Below, one piece after another: positions 11,771-25,143 of a stretch of DNA of 64,000 nt (within the stretch, counting starts at the first letter, position 1; each line of letters opens with the position of its first letter). The DNA is from Tubulanus polymorphus. Its lineage: Eukaryota; Animalia; Nemertea. The notes below the pieces were generated by a model. The model saw nothing but the letters and a program-made list of their open reading frames with translations. It was not told the origin of the DNA and did no database searches. The DNA is taken from positions 9,052,001 through 9,116,000 of the forward strand of contig NC_134025.1 in the NCBI RefSeq assembly GCF_964204645.1, written 5' to 3'. A program made the translations under genes and the position numbers.

Positions 11771-14700
11771 ATGGTTTCCACCGCTGTACAGCCATCGAAT
11801 AGTTCAACATTACCATGGGTGATGCCTAATATCAACACAAAAAGTATCTATGCAGGTCGTTTCAGAGACAGAAATCCAGATGTTTCTGCTGTAAGCATTC
11901 GATTGTTAAGTATCCTGTTTCAGAGGCATCTTTTCATAGAATATTTAACGCTCTAAATGAGATGCACATTTTTTGATTAAAATCCCAGCGGAGTGATCTG
12001 TAGGCCTACCCATTTGTTATAGATATTTATGTATCTTAAACTTTCATAATCCTATTTATTCTAAGGCTGGAAAACTCACAGCAACTGGTGACTCTGCGCA
12101 ACTCTGTATTGAGAAACACTCTCAAACCAAAAGGGTAAGAATGATGTTTGATATTATTTTCTTTGAAAACCATTATTAAAAAAGAAGCGTTTGTGTCTCA
12201 GGTTCTATGAAAACAAAATACCGGTATTAGACTAATTGGTACGAGTAGTTTTAGTATGAAATTTGGTTATTTTTAGCCCCCAACTCCAGAAGCAGTGCGT
12301 AGATTTCATGCTAGTTTACAACCAGAAGCAAGCAAGGCTCGAGTTTTCTACAGTAAAGCATACGATCCGCATAGACAATGGGCAGCAGCCATGACACATG
12401 GACTGAGCATTCAACCATCAGTCACCGCTGCCGAGCTTCTCAATCCGCACCCGAATACTCGTTTCAAACAAAGAATCCTTGACAAGAAAGAGTCGTACTA
12501 CCTAAGTCATCAACAGCCTCTCGGAAAATCGCATGACCAAAGGCCGGGACTTCCATATCGTATCAATCGCAATCCTCATATCATTACTTATGGTATTCCA
12601 ACAGAAAAAGGTAAGTCATCTGATTGAAAATAGCTCGAAAACTTTACAGAATGAAATGATTTAATTTCCAATATAAGATTCACTCGTTTTCCGATAATGA
12701 TATTGTAGGTCTAGTTAGTTTCATAACATTTACAGGTTATCGAAATTTGGATAAGGATGCTTTGCTAAAATTCTGTTATTTCATCACCTGTATTTTAAGA
12801 AATTATAGAATTATGGCAATTTCATATCCCCAGTGCCAATATTTTTCAGAGAACAAGTTTGCTCAATCAAACTTGGATTCAATGGAAATTCTTTTCTTTG
12901 TAATGCCAAATTCGTTATAACGCCATGTTTTTCATCGGTCCGAAGAGCGGCGTTATAAAGGACTTATACTGTAAATGTAGAATATATTCATAAACATTGA
13001 CTGGACTCTGCATTTTTTAATATTTCCAGGAGGAAGTGCTGGTGAAATGGTGAATCCTGACAAAACATATGAAGAGGTAGACAGAGAAGATTTTATTGGC
13101 CATGATCTCTACACTCGGTCGCATGCTGATTACCTCGTAGGCGAACGCGTTTGTCGTAGTTATACGTCGCCGAGCTTTAATCCGAGGTCGTGTTTCGGAA
13201 TTCCGACTCCTCACAGTAACGATGGTCGACACGTTCGTAGCAACCTGCGCTGGCTGACCGATATCCAGGCTCAGAAAGCTGCGCCTATTGTTTCTAAAAG
13301 ATTAGACAACTTTCGCGAACGCACTCAACCACAACTAGGCAAAGTGCACGATCCGTATGTATCATTTATGTATTTAGAACACCTAAAGTTTTTTAGCAAT
13401 CTTAACCTTTATCATGAAGAACTGGCATTTAAAAACATCATAAAAATGAAATGGTTTCATGTTTCATTTCATTTTACATGTTTCATAATCATTTCGTTTC
13501 ATGTTTTTTACAGTTGACATTGTCAAGATCTTTTCTTGTTATCATTTGCTTTTAATTGATGAATCATGTAGGCCTACATTTATTTGTTTTTTTTTGTCAG
13601 AATCAAGGACACATTAAAAGTAGGACCTGATCATACATTTGGCATACTGCTGAAACCTGATGATTATGGTGCAGGAGATCTCATACACATGCGATCTGCC
13701 GGTGCTTATTTGCGCGGCAAGGAAAGACAACGAGGAGTCCTAGCTGCAATTCGACAGCATCTCAAGAAAGCGAATTATCATAATTTCCATGATTTACTAG
13801 CTGCTTTTAAATTCTATGATAAGGTAGTTTCACTGAGAGTCTTATTTCTTTAACTTTTTTCTTCAATTGAATTTTCTTAACTTAACGCATCAATTTTTCT
13901 GTCACATCATTGCAGGATGGGTCAGGAAAAATTGACATCAATGAACTGAGAGAAGCGTGTGTTCAATTCAGTCTACCTGTAGAGCCCGAATTGCTCGAAC
14001 AATTAATGGATTTCTGCGACACCAACAATAATGGCTTTATTGATTACATTGAATTTGCTAACTTTTTGAATTGGAAGGATAAATTGCCTACTGGATTTGA
14101 AAACCAAGGTACATCAATTTTTCGAAGTATGCCATGTATACACATAGCCTGTTATAATTCTTTGTATTGTATTGTAACTGATGTGTACATATGTTGCCTT
14201 TAATGTTTTTGCAGTTATTCGACCTCATACTACTGGAAATTTGATAGAAAAACACGATATCACTCCCAAGTCTCCGGCTAGTGCGGAAAGCACACCGCGA
14301 CGTATTCAAAAACAGATCGATCAGGCGATAGGTGAACATCGCACCAGTAATCAAATGATAAATGCCGTGGTCGGTGGAGTTTCAACACGAGGTTAGTCTA
14401 AGATAAATCCGATGTCACTCTTAAAGTGTTTATTTAGCAAAAGATTTTGAAAGTAAAAAGGATGAAAATTTTTCAGATTATCGAACGTACGGTGTTCCAA
14501 CGATCAGAGCTGATCTTCCCGCACCGAGAATCAAACGAGTTGAAGACAGGAAAAACTACGGAGATGAGTCCGATGCTCACGGTCTGATGAATCCATCGTA
14601 TTTCAGTTTGAGAGGCGTTTATGAAAAGGATTTCCTGAAACCAAGAGGTTATGATGAGGTACATCAGGTTGAATCAAACAGCAGTAAAGAAGCGCATACC

Positions 14701-15039
14701 ATCAAAATCGATATATGAATTTTACTATAACTCGGCATATAAGTTGAAGTCAATATTTTAGTGATAAAATCGGGGGTTAAAAACTCGACTTATTTGCCGG
14801 TTTTCACAGTATATATCCATTATGACTTAACATTTATGGGCCCTATAATGACGTCTTTTATATTTCAGATGAAATATATATTCACCAACATCGGCGTACG
14901 TATGACTGGCGAGGTATTCGATCAGTTGTGGAAAACAGCAGAGAAACGCCACCCGAAAGGATACGTTAGCGTCGAACTGTTCAGAAATGTCCTCGATGAA
15001 TTGCAAGCCAGTCAAGTTGAAGATAAGGTTTATTCCTAA
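11771..15039 (+). CDS. EFHB: EF-hand domain-containing family member B (CFAP21)
   Basis: Exons include PTPEAVRRF, YLSHQQPLGKSHDQ, FGIPTPHSNDGR, LDNFRERTQPQLGKVHDP, two EF hands (DKDGSGKIDINEL, DTNNNGFIDYIEF) and YGVPTIRADLPAPRIKRV..NYGDE. Start codon is uncertain (11771 or 11822). Confidence 0.9.
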
Positions 15040-16819
15040 ATGCCGAGTATTTTACTGTCTTTCGAAAATTTATGTACAAATCTTGCCTTAATACACTTCA
15101 ATCGTTGATAATCATCTCAAAGAGTAAAACTTCTTGTTGCATGATTTATATTCATTGTTCTAATGTAAATCACTTTCATACAGTTGTACTTGGCCCTATT
15201 GCCTTTGCTTCACATGGTATTTTCCAGTTTTCCTGAATGATTATTGATACGATTAGATACGTGTAATGGTCTAATCGTGTATCAATGTTAATTTTCAATT
15301 GTATCTGTACCATCCATTTTGCTAGATTTTTACATTTACCAATAATACAGTGTAGTTCCGATGATAGTCGTTTCCCTAGACTGCTGATTCCATTTACATT
15401 TAAGTATTTAGCTTTTTACTGATGCTGCTGATAAGATTATAGTATTCCTCTAATACATAATATAGACTGCTGATGTGATGTACAAATTTAACCCATTTAG
15501 TATTCAAATGATTTAAACTGAGTTTACAGGAAGGAAGAATGGTATATTATGTTTTTCCAAAAAAACACTAGGTTGTAGATATTATCATTGAAAGGTCACA
15601 TTTGAAATCTTACTTTTAGTTTTGAATATCTGGCTGCTGACTTAACTAGTTAAATAGTTAATAGAAATATCAATGTTCCATAGACTCTGTGATATTACTA
15701 TCAAGTATTACTGTATTGTGTGTGTATGTGTGTGGTTTCAATCATTCGTGAGAATTTTTAGTAATACATTTTATTAATGTTTTTTTTTCACTATATATCT
15801 TATTTGTTGTCGATATTTGCACTTAAGTAATGGTATGTTTTAGATTTCTTGTTGATTTTGCAACACTGCATATAGAGGCATTATTCTCGTTTATTGTGTA
15901 CATATCAAAATTTTGTAAATAAAAGTACTTTTCATTTGTCATGGAAAAAGAATTGCACTTGTTATCTGATTGATGTTCCGAAGTCCTAGTGCCCAGGAGC
16001 CAGTTCCGCAGTTCCAAGTTGAGATTTGGACAAATTCTTGAATCCTGATGCAAAGAAAGGATTTAACTGATAAACGCTGGTCTGATGAGCTTTGGTTCTT
16101 CCATGTTATCAGCAAATAAGGCATGATTTTTAGTAATTTCATAATGCGTTGTCCACATACAGTAAGCCATATTGGCATTCAACTGAATTTTTACCGGTAC
16201 TTGGTTAGCCACTTTGCGTCCAATATGGACATTCCGAATGTGCACACACCTGCAGGTTGCCGCCAAATATTGTCATGTTTCCAATCCTCTAGTTGAGTAG
16301 GACTTCAAATCTGCACAACCATGAAATAAATACATGAAACCTCGCACATAAGACTGAAGAAGATATACCGGTATAATGGATAGAATTTTAAATTTTTATT
16401 ATAACATATCTTAGAATGATAATTCTATATAGTAATGAGAACACTTATGATGAGCCAGTTGCTAACAGAAAAACTACAAGAAAATGACAAAAAGTTACAA
16501 TAATCTCAATGGTAAATTAATCTCAATAAACACGGGTATTTACATCCCAATGAATAACAGTAAAATACATACATAAATACGGATTTTACGAAAACCTTTG
16601 ATATATATATTTTTTTTAAATTAGATCATTATGGTGGGCCTAGTACAATGTCTTCAAGTAAGTAACTAGAAAGCATATTTCTAGGATCGGAATCATTCTT
16701 TATTTTCTAGTACATACATCATGCAGTACTACTCATATACAAAGATAATGACATTATCTGTTGGAAGGCATTCAAATATATACATCCTGTAGAAAATATT
16801 CATTTAGATTATATCTTTA

Positions 16820-18004
16820 TCATAGGCCAGACCCTTGAAGCAGAACTATCATCACAGTAACATTATCTTTACTGCCTGCTAATAATGCAGCTTGCACGAG
16901 TCTTTCTGCCATTGCTTTAGCAAATTCACGATGAATCTCTTCCTTAGACAGGCTTCTGCGTGATAATCTAGATTCGGATATTGAAAATGCCTCTGTTATA
17001 GTTTCAATATCACCTTCATTGCCGCTATCATCATCCAAGTTACTCCCAATTTCAGTTTTAATATCCCTGTAGTCTTCATTTTCCTCCTTGAAACTCACTT
17101 TTGAAGTGTTGCTCTTCCCGGTGTCGGGTCGTTGTCTAATAAGTGTGTTTACACCCTCATTCGATATGACTTCATCCGAGTCAGAGTTTTGAAATATATC
17201 CTCGGTAGTTTGCTGACCGAATGTGTAATTATTCTCGAGATCAGATTTCTCTTGGTCATCGTGAAAGTTTTTGATCTTGTTCTTTTTTTGACGCTCGAGA
17301 AATTCATTGTATTCTTTCAGAAGTGGCTTGAGGCTTGTACTGACACGGCTTGGAGGCATCAATATATCAGTAGGAAGCATCTGTAAATATGATTTAACCA
17401 TCTAATTAGCACTAGTTTGTCACACAGTCCATTAAAACCTGATATGAGACAATTATTATGAATTAGTTAAGTAATTGTATAGCGAATTAATGAAAAATGG
17501 TTTATCTAAAATTTCTGAATAAAGATAGTTCATTCTTGCATTATCTAAAAATGTAAAAAATATTTGAAATTATATTAGATTTAATGTATACATGCATCTT
17601 CTTGATATATTTTCCCAATAAGCAAAGCATGCTGATAAAAAACTCACCGTGGAAACTTAAAAGGGATTTTTAGAGATCAAAGAAAAACATAAATACTTCT
17701 TAGAGCATGCAAGAAACAAAGGATGCAAACCACCACAGCATATATGTGATATAAACGGTATATGGTTCTGTATTGATTTTACCTTGTTGTACTTCATAAT
17801 TAGGAACCAGAAATACTACGAAAAGTTTAAGTGAACAAGAAAGAACTATATGAATATAACCTGGAAAACTTATGACAAGCCGACAACATACAAAGCAGCA
17901 ATTGAAGATTTAAAGCAGAAACAATAATTAACATTATCTAGTAAATAAGCCCCAAAACTGTTAAATCGTCCAACCAATTCTTTTTACTTTGGAGTGACAA
18001 AATT

Positions 18005-18036
<32 letters not shown>

Positions 18037-20052
18037 CACCAGGAGAAAGTTTCAGATATGAATCATGATTAGTTTTCTTAATGAGAATCTTCTCAGTCAC
18101 CTAAACATTTAGAATTTTGTAAAATTGTACCCAGTGCTTGCTCGTTCCAGTAGACAGAATTATCTCCAGTTAACTTACCTGTAATACTATATCTGTAGCA
18201 TCTTGAGGTGACAGCACCTGCCATACACCGTCAGTGGCTAGTATCAAAACCTGTGCATATTGGTCTAACTCGATGCATGTTGTTGAAGGTTCGCTTATCA
18301 CTGCCTTTCTAAGTCTGATATCACCATGGTTCCCCAAACCTCTGGTCGTCGATAACACGCCATTCACTTGTAGATATTTTTCACTATCACTGATTGTTCC
18401 TCCTGTTAAGATTAAAAAGATAGTGCTTAAATGGACAAAGACACACAAAAAGATTTTTCTTGAAGAAAAGATACCCGTACATACCAGATTTTAATACCCG
18501 ATCTCGTTCTCTCTTATTTGTTGGTGTATGATCTTTACTCAAACGGTATGCCTTGTTGTCCCGAACGAGCACTGCATGCGCATTCCCTGCAAATATCAAT
18601 GAACCAATGAATTTCTAAGTTTCCTCAACCACTTAGTTCATCAAAAGACTTATTGAAAGCATTGTTATTTACCAGCGTTTGCAACATATATCATTCCCAT
18701 TTTACGAGGTGCCTCCAGAACTGGTGAATCACGCGAAGGAGGGTTGTCATTTGCTTCAATTACTGAAGAATCTGAATCTAGATGTGTATTACCCGTATTG
18801 TTTATCATAACACTAAGGGCAGAGCATCCACTCCAACGTACTTTAGATTGCTCATCTAATCCATACGTTAGATAATGATCAGTTGCGTGGTATGCTTTCT
18901 TGTAGGCGATTTCCATCTTTTCCGAATACGGATCTTTCGGATTCTCATGATTGCGACTTTTTCGCGTAATACGATCGATAATTTTTTGTGAATTAGCGAC
19001 GTCCTGGAGCTCTTTGAGCAACATGTTGTTCAAATTATCCTCACAAGTGTGTATGATTTGGTGTATAACGTTCGTACTTTCTTCGTGAAGTTGAACGCGC
19101 TCGCTGTTACAGGTCGTCGGCCGTTCGGACTCGTATTGCGAAATATCGTTACATTCGCACATATTATACGTACACGTACACAACGTCATCGGGTCGAATC
19201 TCGTTATTTCCTGCAGCAACAACTGGTGTAACTTATTCGCGCAAACCTCGGCCGCGAATCGGCCATTGTGACCGTCGTAAATTCCGAAGAACGACTTGTT
19301 CACGTCATTGCCAAAATAATCCTGAAATACCCGCGCGTCTTCCATCGTACTTTTCCAACGCTCGTTCTGCCAGGAACAAAATCCGACCGACTGCACGCAC
19401 GGAGGACTGCAATTCAATGAAACGCCCTCCACATTCATATCAATAAACTCAAAGTGTCGCCGCAAAGTTTCGTAAGTCTGTTCCAAATCCGCTTTTAGAT
19501 ATTCGACAGCTTCGTTGATTTTCTGAACGATTTTCGGGTTCAATAAATTATCAGCGTCAGTCTCTGAGATCAAATTTTGTAGCAGTTCTTTTCGACGTGT
19601 AAGCAGAGCTTCAACATTGTCCGGTTCAGTATCTGTATATCCTAATGTTTCTAAGGCTTTGTGATACTTCCGATGTTCTTGAATGATGATGAGGTTTATG
19701 AATTCTTTACATTTTTTACAATATAATGCCACATCAGGTTGTTTGGAAGGCAAAGTCAGATGTGTGTCTGGGGTTACTGAAATTACACAAAATCATGGTC
19801 ATTCATCTTTTATTATCACTTTACATAAAAAAAGAGTAAAATGTCATAAAAAGAAAACTAACGTGGTTTTCTAACTCCAGTTTCGGTATATTGCTGTCCT
19901 TTATGAAGATATATGGAACTTGGTTTATGGTAAGATTCATCGTCAATATCACTATCATCACCATCATTCGAACGCTTTACTTGATTACCGAAGTATTCAT
20001 TTTCCGATTTAGTTCTTGAAGCACCAAAATATGATACCTCAACATTAGCCAT
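16820..20052 (-). CDS. PP2D1: Protein phosphatase 2C-like domain-containing protein 1
   Basis: PP2C motifs MED, FFGIYDGHNG, SGCSA, YVANAGNAHAVL, LSKDHTP, TRGLGNHGD, LILATDGVW and GSKDNVTVMIV, plus an N-terminal CxxC...H zinc-finger-like segment; 5 coding exons. Confidence 0.85.
18007..18032. repeat. (TA)n microsatellite
   Basis: Directly visible. Confidence 0.9.
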
Positions 20053-20153
20053 TTCTAGATTTTCTGAAAAAAACCAACAGTTGAGTTAATACGACAATTG
20101 TGACCAGTGTTTCTGATCCCAAAATAATGAGTAGTTTCTTTTTAAATGGCTCA

Positions 20154-20303
20154 CTAGCATTTGATATGTTAAAATGCTCTTTTTACAGTTTGTCTTTTGG
20201 ATTAATATTTCGGTTTCATACTAAAATGGTTGTAGTATAAAACCGACAATATTAATCCGAAAGACAAACTGTAAAAAGAACATTTTAACATATCAAATGC
20301 TAG
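20154..20303. repeat. Near-perfect 150-bp palindrome (hairpin MITE) in the PP2D1 5'-UTR intron
   Basis: ctagcatttgatatgttaaaatg...cattttaacatatcaaatgctag, with arms of about 70 bp and a short loop. Confidence 0.85.
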
Positions 20304-20915
20304 GTAAAATGGATGTGCCATTTAGAAAAAAAAACTATAAAATGGCTCATACTAGGCTAATATTAGCATTTTAGGATGATTTGACATGAGGACGTTTTGA
20401 CCGTAATTGACCAAGTTGAAACATAAAATCATCACTCAGTTCTTCTTTCTGATCTTGCTTGGTTATTCTTACTCAGTTTGACAGCAGTGCCAGGGTAGAA
20501 GAGGCAGTAGTGTAACACTGTCAGACTGACACAGCAGTATCACTGACAAATCAATCGATTCTTTTAGAATTTAGGCCTAATTCAAAAACAGGTGACACTT
20601 GTTGTTGAAAATAAATGAAATTTTGAATCTGTCTCGATCAGTTCTTTACAGACCGAACGAAATTTAAAACCGTGTTAGGTTTATTTTAGTCTGGTACATG
20701 AACCTAAAATGTCTTTGAAAATAGTTCATTCAGTAACTTTTACCTGTAACTTTTTATACCCACAAGGATTTAAAAGAACAAAACTATACGTAGGCCGCCA
20801 TATTGTTAGGTGTTTCATAGCAACAGTAAATTCACAATTCCAAGGTCAAGTGGAGACAATACATTTACTTCCGGGTTCGACAGATTTTGAGATTTTGTTT
20901 ATAAATCTATACTAT

Positions 20916-23475
20916 GGAAGACCTCAGACGACATACGAGATATGAGATATAACATACGAGATATGTGATGCAACATACGAGATACGACATATGACATACG
21001 AGATACGACTTATTTACAGTACAGGTGTCCGCCCGCTAGCGCCACCGCAGTGTATGTTTTTTCAATATTTACTGCGTATAAATCGTTTAATACGGTGACT
21101 CGTACAGTCATCGTCAATTATATGAAAACCAACATAGTCAACATTTTATTCAAACCAGAAATATATTTCTTTTGGATAATGGACACCTGGACCGGACACA
21201 ACGATATTAGGCCATACTGTGAACACCCTGGACTAGGCGCGCCGGCCGTTCCTCTCCCGCGGGCGACGAAGTTTTTCAAATCAAAAGATTTTCAAAAGAT
21301 ATCAAACTGTTCAAGTTCATAATATTATGCTATTTCTTGTCTTCCTTTGGTCTGAAAACGGCCTGGTGTTCAGGAGCCGGAGTTCCGATTACTCACTGCC
21401 TGCAGAAAAAATAACTATGTTCACCGCCCGCTAGATCGCCGGCTTTTCTGCATTAGAAATCAAAATTCTAAAAAAAAAACTCCGCAGCCGGAAATCCCGG
21501 CCCTCTAGTGTACGCCTCGGCTGTTTGACACCCCTGCCTGAGTTCTTGAATCCCGAACAACCCGGGAACCCGTACATCGCCCTGGTATCCAGATTAAGAA
21601 CTCCCGTGCTCTCTCTCAAGGTTTGAAATCCCCAGCTAAATTCCATCCCTATCGAGCTACCGGGGTTGACTGGTGAGTCCACTAGACCAACCGTTGAGAG
21701 TCGAGACTGGCCAGTTTTCGCTAACCGTCAGGCACTGTCTTTTTGAAGCCATAGTCTGGGGTCCTTCCCTGAAAATTTGTTCAATTTAGGTACTTGTGTA
21801 TTCTGAGGGCTTTTTGGCTATCTTTCTTTTCTGACATCTTTCATGAAAAGGGCCAATGGCTGAATCTGAATAACTTTCATAATCGGAGAATCCAATTTAA
21901 GATCATTCTTAAGATCATGGCCAGTTTTACAACTGTTTATTGACAAAACTACAGGAACCACATAAATAATAAATCTTCAGCAAAACACAACAGCTCTTAC
22001 ATTTGTAAAGATGAGAGATCCATGGAAATATCAAGTAACATTTTTTTAGACAGGGAATTAGCGGAACACCGGAACGTTGCTTGTATGGTGCGTTTGCACC
22101 CGTCGCAAAAAACGTCGTGATAAACGAAATCAGCTGGACTAGGGCCAGGAGCTGAGAGTGATACAATGGAACTCCATTCTGATATTCAATGAATAATTCA
22201 TTCAATAAATTTATGTTATCTTTAGTATTTTTAATTCATGTCCGATTCCGCGTGTGTCGGACTTTTTTTTAAACTCTTTGGTCATCGGCATTCGTAATAT
22301 ACATACATCTATCATTTTTCATCGAAAAGTTTAAACCCTTGACTAGCGCGATTCTTAGCACCACCAATTTGAAGGGGCCATGGCTAACTCTTTTTGAGGG
22401 ATTTTTGTACACTCAAAATGGATTTTGGAATTTGAGGCGTTTTTTGTGGATTTATGGGCTGTAGCCCCGTATTTGGAGCCAACTCGAATCACCGGACCAT
22501 CGGTGTCTCACACTAAGAGTGGCCCACTGATCGTAGCGAGAGGCCGGTCCCCGGTAGCGGTTGATCGAATATTTTTAAATATTTTTCAAACGAAACGTTT
22601 TTCGCATATCGATATTCATAGTTAATGTATACGCCACTGCCTGCGCACGTGTCGTAGTATACGCCGAGTAGATGTTGAAAAATATAAACTGCGGTGGCGC
22701 TAGCGGATGGACACCCGTACTGTAAAACAAGTCGTATCTCGTATGCAATATGTCGAATCTCGTCTGTTGCATCTCATAACACGCTTTGAACTAGAAAAAT
22801 ACATTATTTCGAACTCTTTCCTTAAAAGACGCGAATTTTCCAAACTGCGTCTCGGTTCCCATCGGCTTAGAATCGAGACGGGGCGTCACTGTCGTCCATT
22901 TTTACCAGCCAATGAGAGATTTTGCCTCTACTGTACTGTAAATAAAGTCGTTGAGGACGAATCCCACTTTTTACTCGAGTGTCCCTCGCTTCATCCTGCC
23001 AGAGTTTCCATTTTATCCTCACTTGTTTGTTTCACAGAGTTTGAGTCTTTTTGTGTTTTCGATAAATTCCTCTTTTTGATGTCCTATAACAACGGAGACT
23101 ATGAAATTGCCAGCCTTATGTGTAACCTAGTTAACTCGTTACTTGCCCTCCGTTCAACACTTTGATTCTTTTATATTATATTCACTTGATTGTATCGCCA
23201 CCTAGTTTCCTTGCTGTAGTATTATATTTTGTTTTACGTTTAACATATTTTATTTGTAAATATTCTCTATTCCTATGTTATCCGATTATAAAAGCGATTT
23301 TAAATGTATGTCCACTCTTGTACTGTTTTCCCTGTGTTTTGATGTTAATATTTTATTGCATGTCATTTCCTATGTAACTTGTGTATTATATGGAGCAATA
23401 AAATTAAAGTTCAAGTTCAAGTTCTCATATCTCGTATGTTATATCTCATATCTCGTATGTCGTCTGAGGTCTTCC
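20916..23475. mobile_element. Non-autonomous DNA transposon with long, internally repetitive TIRs (2.56 kb including a nested LINE)
   Basis: Ends ggaagacctcagacgacatacgagatatg / catatctcgtatgtcgtctgaggtcttcc; 7-bp TSD ATACTAT at 20909-20915 and 23476-23482; the inverted repeat continues inward to about 21075 and 22660. Confidence 0.85.
22779..23422 (+). mobile_element. 5'-truncated non-LTR retrotransposon (3' end of ORF2 plus 3' UTR)
   Basis: Peptide RREFSKLRLGSHRLRIETGRH...FCLYC...VEDESHFLLECP is the typical C-terminal CCHC region of LINE ORF2; stop at 23165; AATAAA followed by an (AAGTTC)n tail; flanked by duplicated TCTCATA. Confidence 0.85.
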
Positions 23476-23835
23476 ATACTATGCTATGACAATATTGTAA
23501 TTAAATGGTGCTTTTGAATATTTTTGATATCTTAGAAATTTATCAAAGTAAGTGACAGTTGCTTGTCCCAATTTGACAGTTGCTTGTTGTTGATTTATTC
23601 AGCTTGTTGATTTATTCAGCTTGTTGGTTTGCAACAACAGTACTTTAACGTCCAGCAGACCTTTCTATCCTCGCTTGCCAGTAGTCAGTTACCTGTCTGT
23701 GGTTTAGTTTCACGATCGGATATTTTCACAAAAAACCACAAGCCCATCCGATTATAAAAACATTACCACCAACGATTAGGTAACTAGCTAGGCCAGGGTT
23801 GATTATCTCCCACCGTCACCAAAGCTCACGCCAAC

Positions 23836-23933
23836 CACAGGGACTTGACACAAAAGGATTTTGACCCCAGTATCCTATAAAACATAGTCCCTAGGATACT
23901 GGGGTCAAAATCCTTTTGTGTCAAGTCCCTGTG
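23836..23933. mobile_element. 98-bp CACAGGG-ended MITE in the AP5S1 5'-UTR intron
   Basis: Perfect TIR of about 42 bp (cacagggacttgacacaaaaggattttgaccccagtatccta); perfect 8-bp TSD ACGCCAAC at 23828-23835 and 23934-23941. Confidence 0.92.
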
Positions 23934-24144
23934 ACGCCAACACAAACCCTGGCTGCAGTTCCTTGCTCCATTACACCACCCAAGCGCTAAGCGGCCACCA
24001 GTCAAAAAACTGGTGCCAATCAGACCCAGGCAAGCGAGAATGACCTTTCCATATGATTCTTTTTGTAATTCTTATGTCTTTTTTGTTGATCGATCATGGT
24101 GTTGACATTGATACATTCAGTTTCTTTTCACTATCCAGGTTAAA

Positions 24145-24717
24145 ATGGTGTACGCGATAATCATTCATCAAGTTAGACCAGAGAACAGTGCCATTCTCTA
24201 CCATAGACATTTTGCACAAGAACCAATGGACAATTCTTCAAGTCGAGACAATATTATTGACATTCAAAAAGATCAGTTGAAACATGTAGCCAATGCTGTT
24301 CAGTCGGAATATGTATTCAGAAAAGCAGCATCCGGTCGATCAGCGGAAAGCGATTTTATCAAATTGAACAATGAAGAAGTTCTTCCTGAGTTTGAATTGG
24401 GTTTTATTCGACTAGCGTCGAATCGTCCGTTCCTCAGCGAGAAAGTTTGTTTCTGGCTCGCGGCCGCCAACTGTTGTTTTTCATTGGTGCTGGAAAAATA
24501 TGAAAATCGAGCAGCAGCAGAAAATGTTTTGAAAATGATCATTAAACATCTGCAGGAATCGATGAAATTACTGAACAATCCGATGGATGCGTTATTAAAA
24601 CTGGATCGTATTGAAATTATTGTCGACAAATATTTGCCAGGCGGTCAGTTATTGTGTATGAATAACAGAGTTGTACGACAATTTGAAAAAGAACTGGATA
24701 CAATATTCAAACATTAG
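24145..24717 (+). CDS. AP5S1: AP-5 complex subunit sigma-1 (single coding exon)
   Basis: 190-aa ORF with MVYAIIIH, KDQLKHVANAVQS, GFIRL..PF...WL, EN...AE and DRIEIIVDKYLPGGQLL, aligned by eye to recalled AP5S1; splice acceptor just upstream of the ATG. Confidence 0.88.
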   Translation: MVYAIIIHQVRPENSAILYHRHFAQEPMDNSSSRDNIIDIQKDQLKHVANAVQSEYVFRKAASGRSAESDFIKLNNEEVLPEFELGFIRLASNRPFLSEKVCFWLAAANCCFSLVLEKYENRAAAENVLKMIIKHLQESMKLLNNPMDALLKLDRIEIIVDKYLPGGQLLCMNNRVVRQFEKELDTIFKH

Positions 24718-25143
24718 TGTTTATAATAGATGCAAGTCTCTCATTGAAAGTCTAGTCATTGAAAGTGCAAGTTTTCTTCTTGAGGGGAATAAATATTGGA
24801 CATGTAGTTGAAAACTTAAGTCCTGTTCCTTGAGCTTTACCTCTACTCGTATTCGTGTCACCAACAAGACAGATGAACTCATTTTCATAAAGTAGTAACT
24901 AACAGTCATGTATTTTGAAAAATTTATCAAAAAATACAATGTATGAGCAAATGAAATGCGTGATGAATTTTCCAAGAATAAGCACACAGTCAGTATTAAC
25001 GTGTAATTAAATGCAGTTTTCCATCAAAGTTAGTTTTAGTTGAATGTTGCAACCTTTTTAAATAAATAACTTCAGTATCATATCACAATACACCAATATA
25101 TTATATCAATTAGCTTAACACTAGCTACATCTGAAATAGGGCA

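Noticed and set aside
21017-22722. Separate nested Tc1-like element (TA-CAGT...ACTG-TA)
   Set aside because: The inverted symmetry continues outward without a break into the outer repeats, so it is more simply one long TIR; nesting is not excluded.
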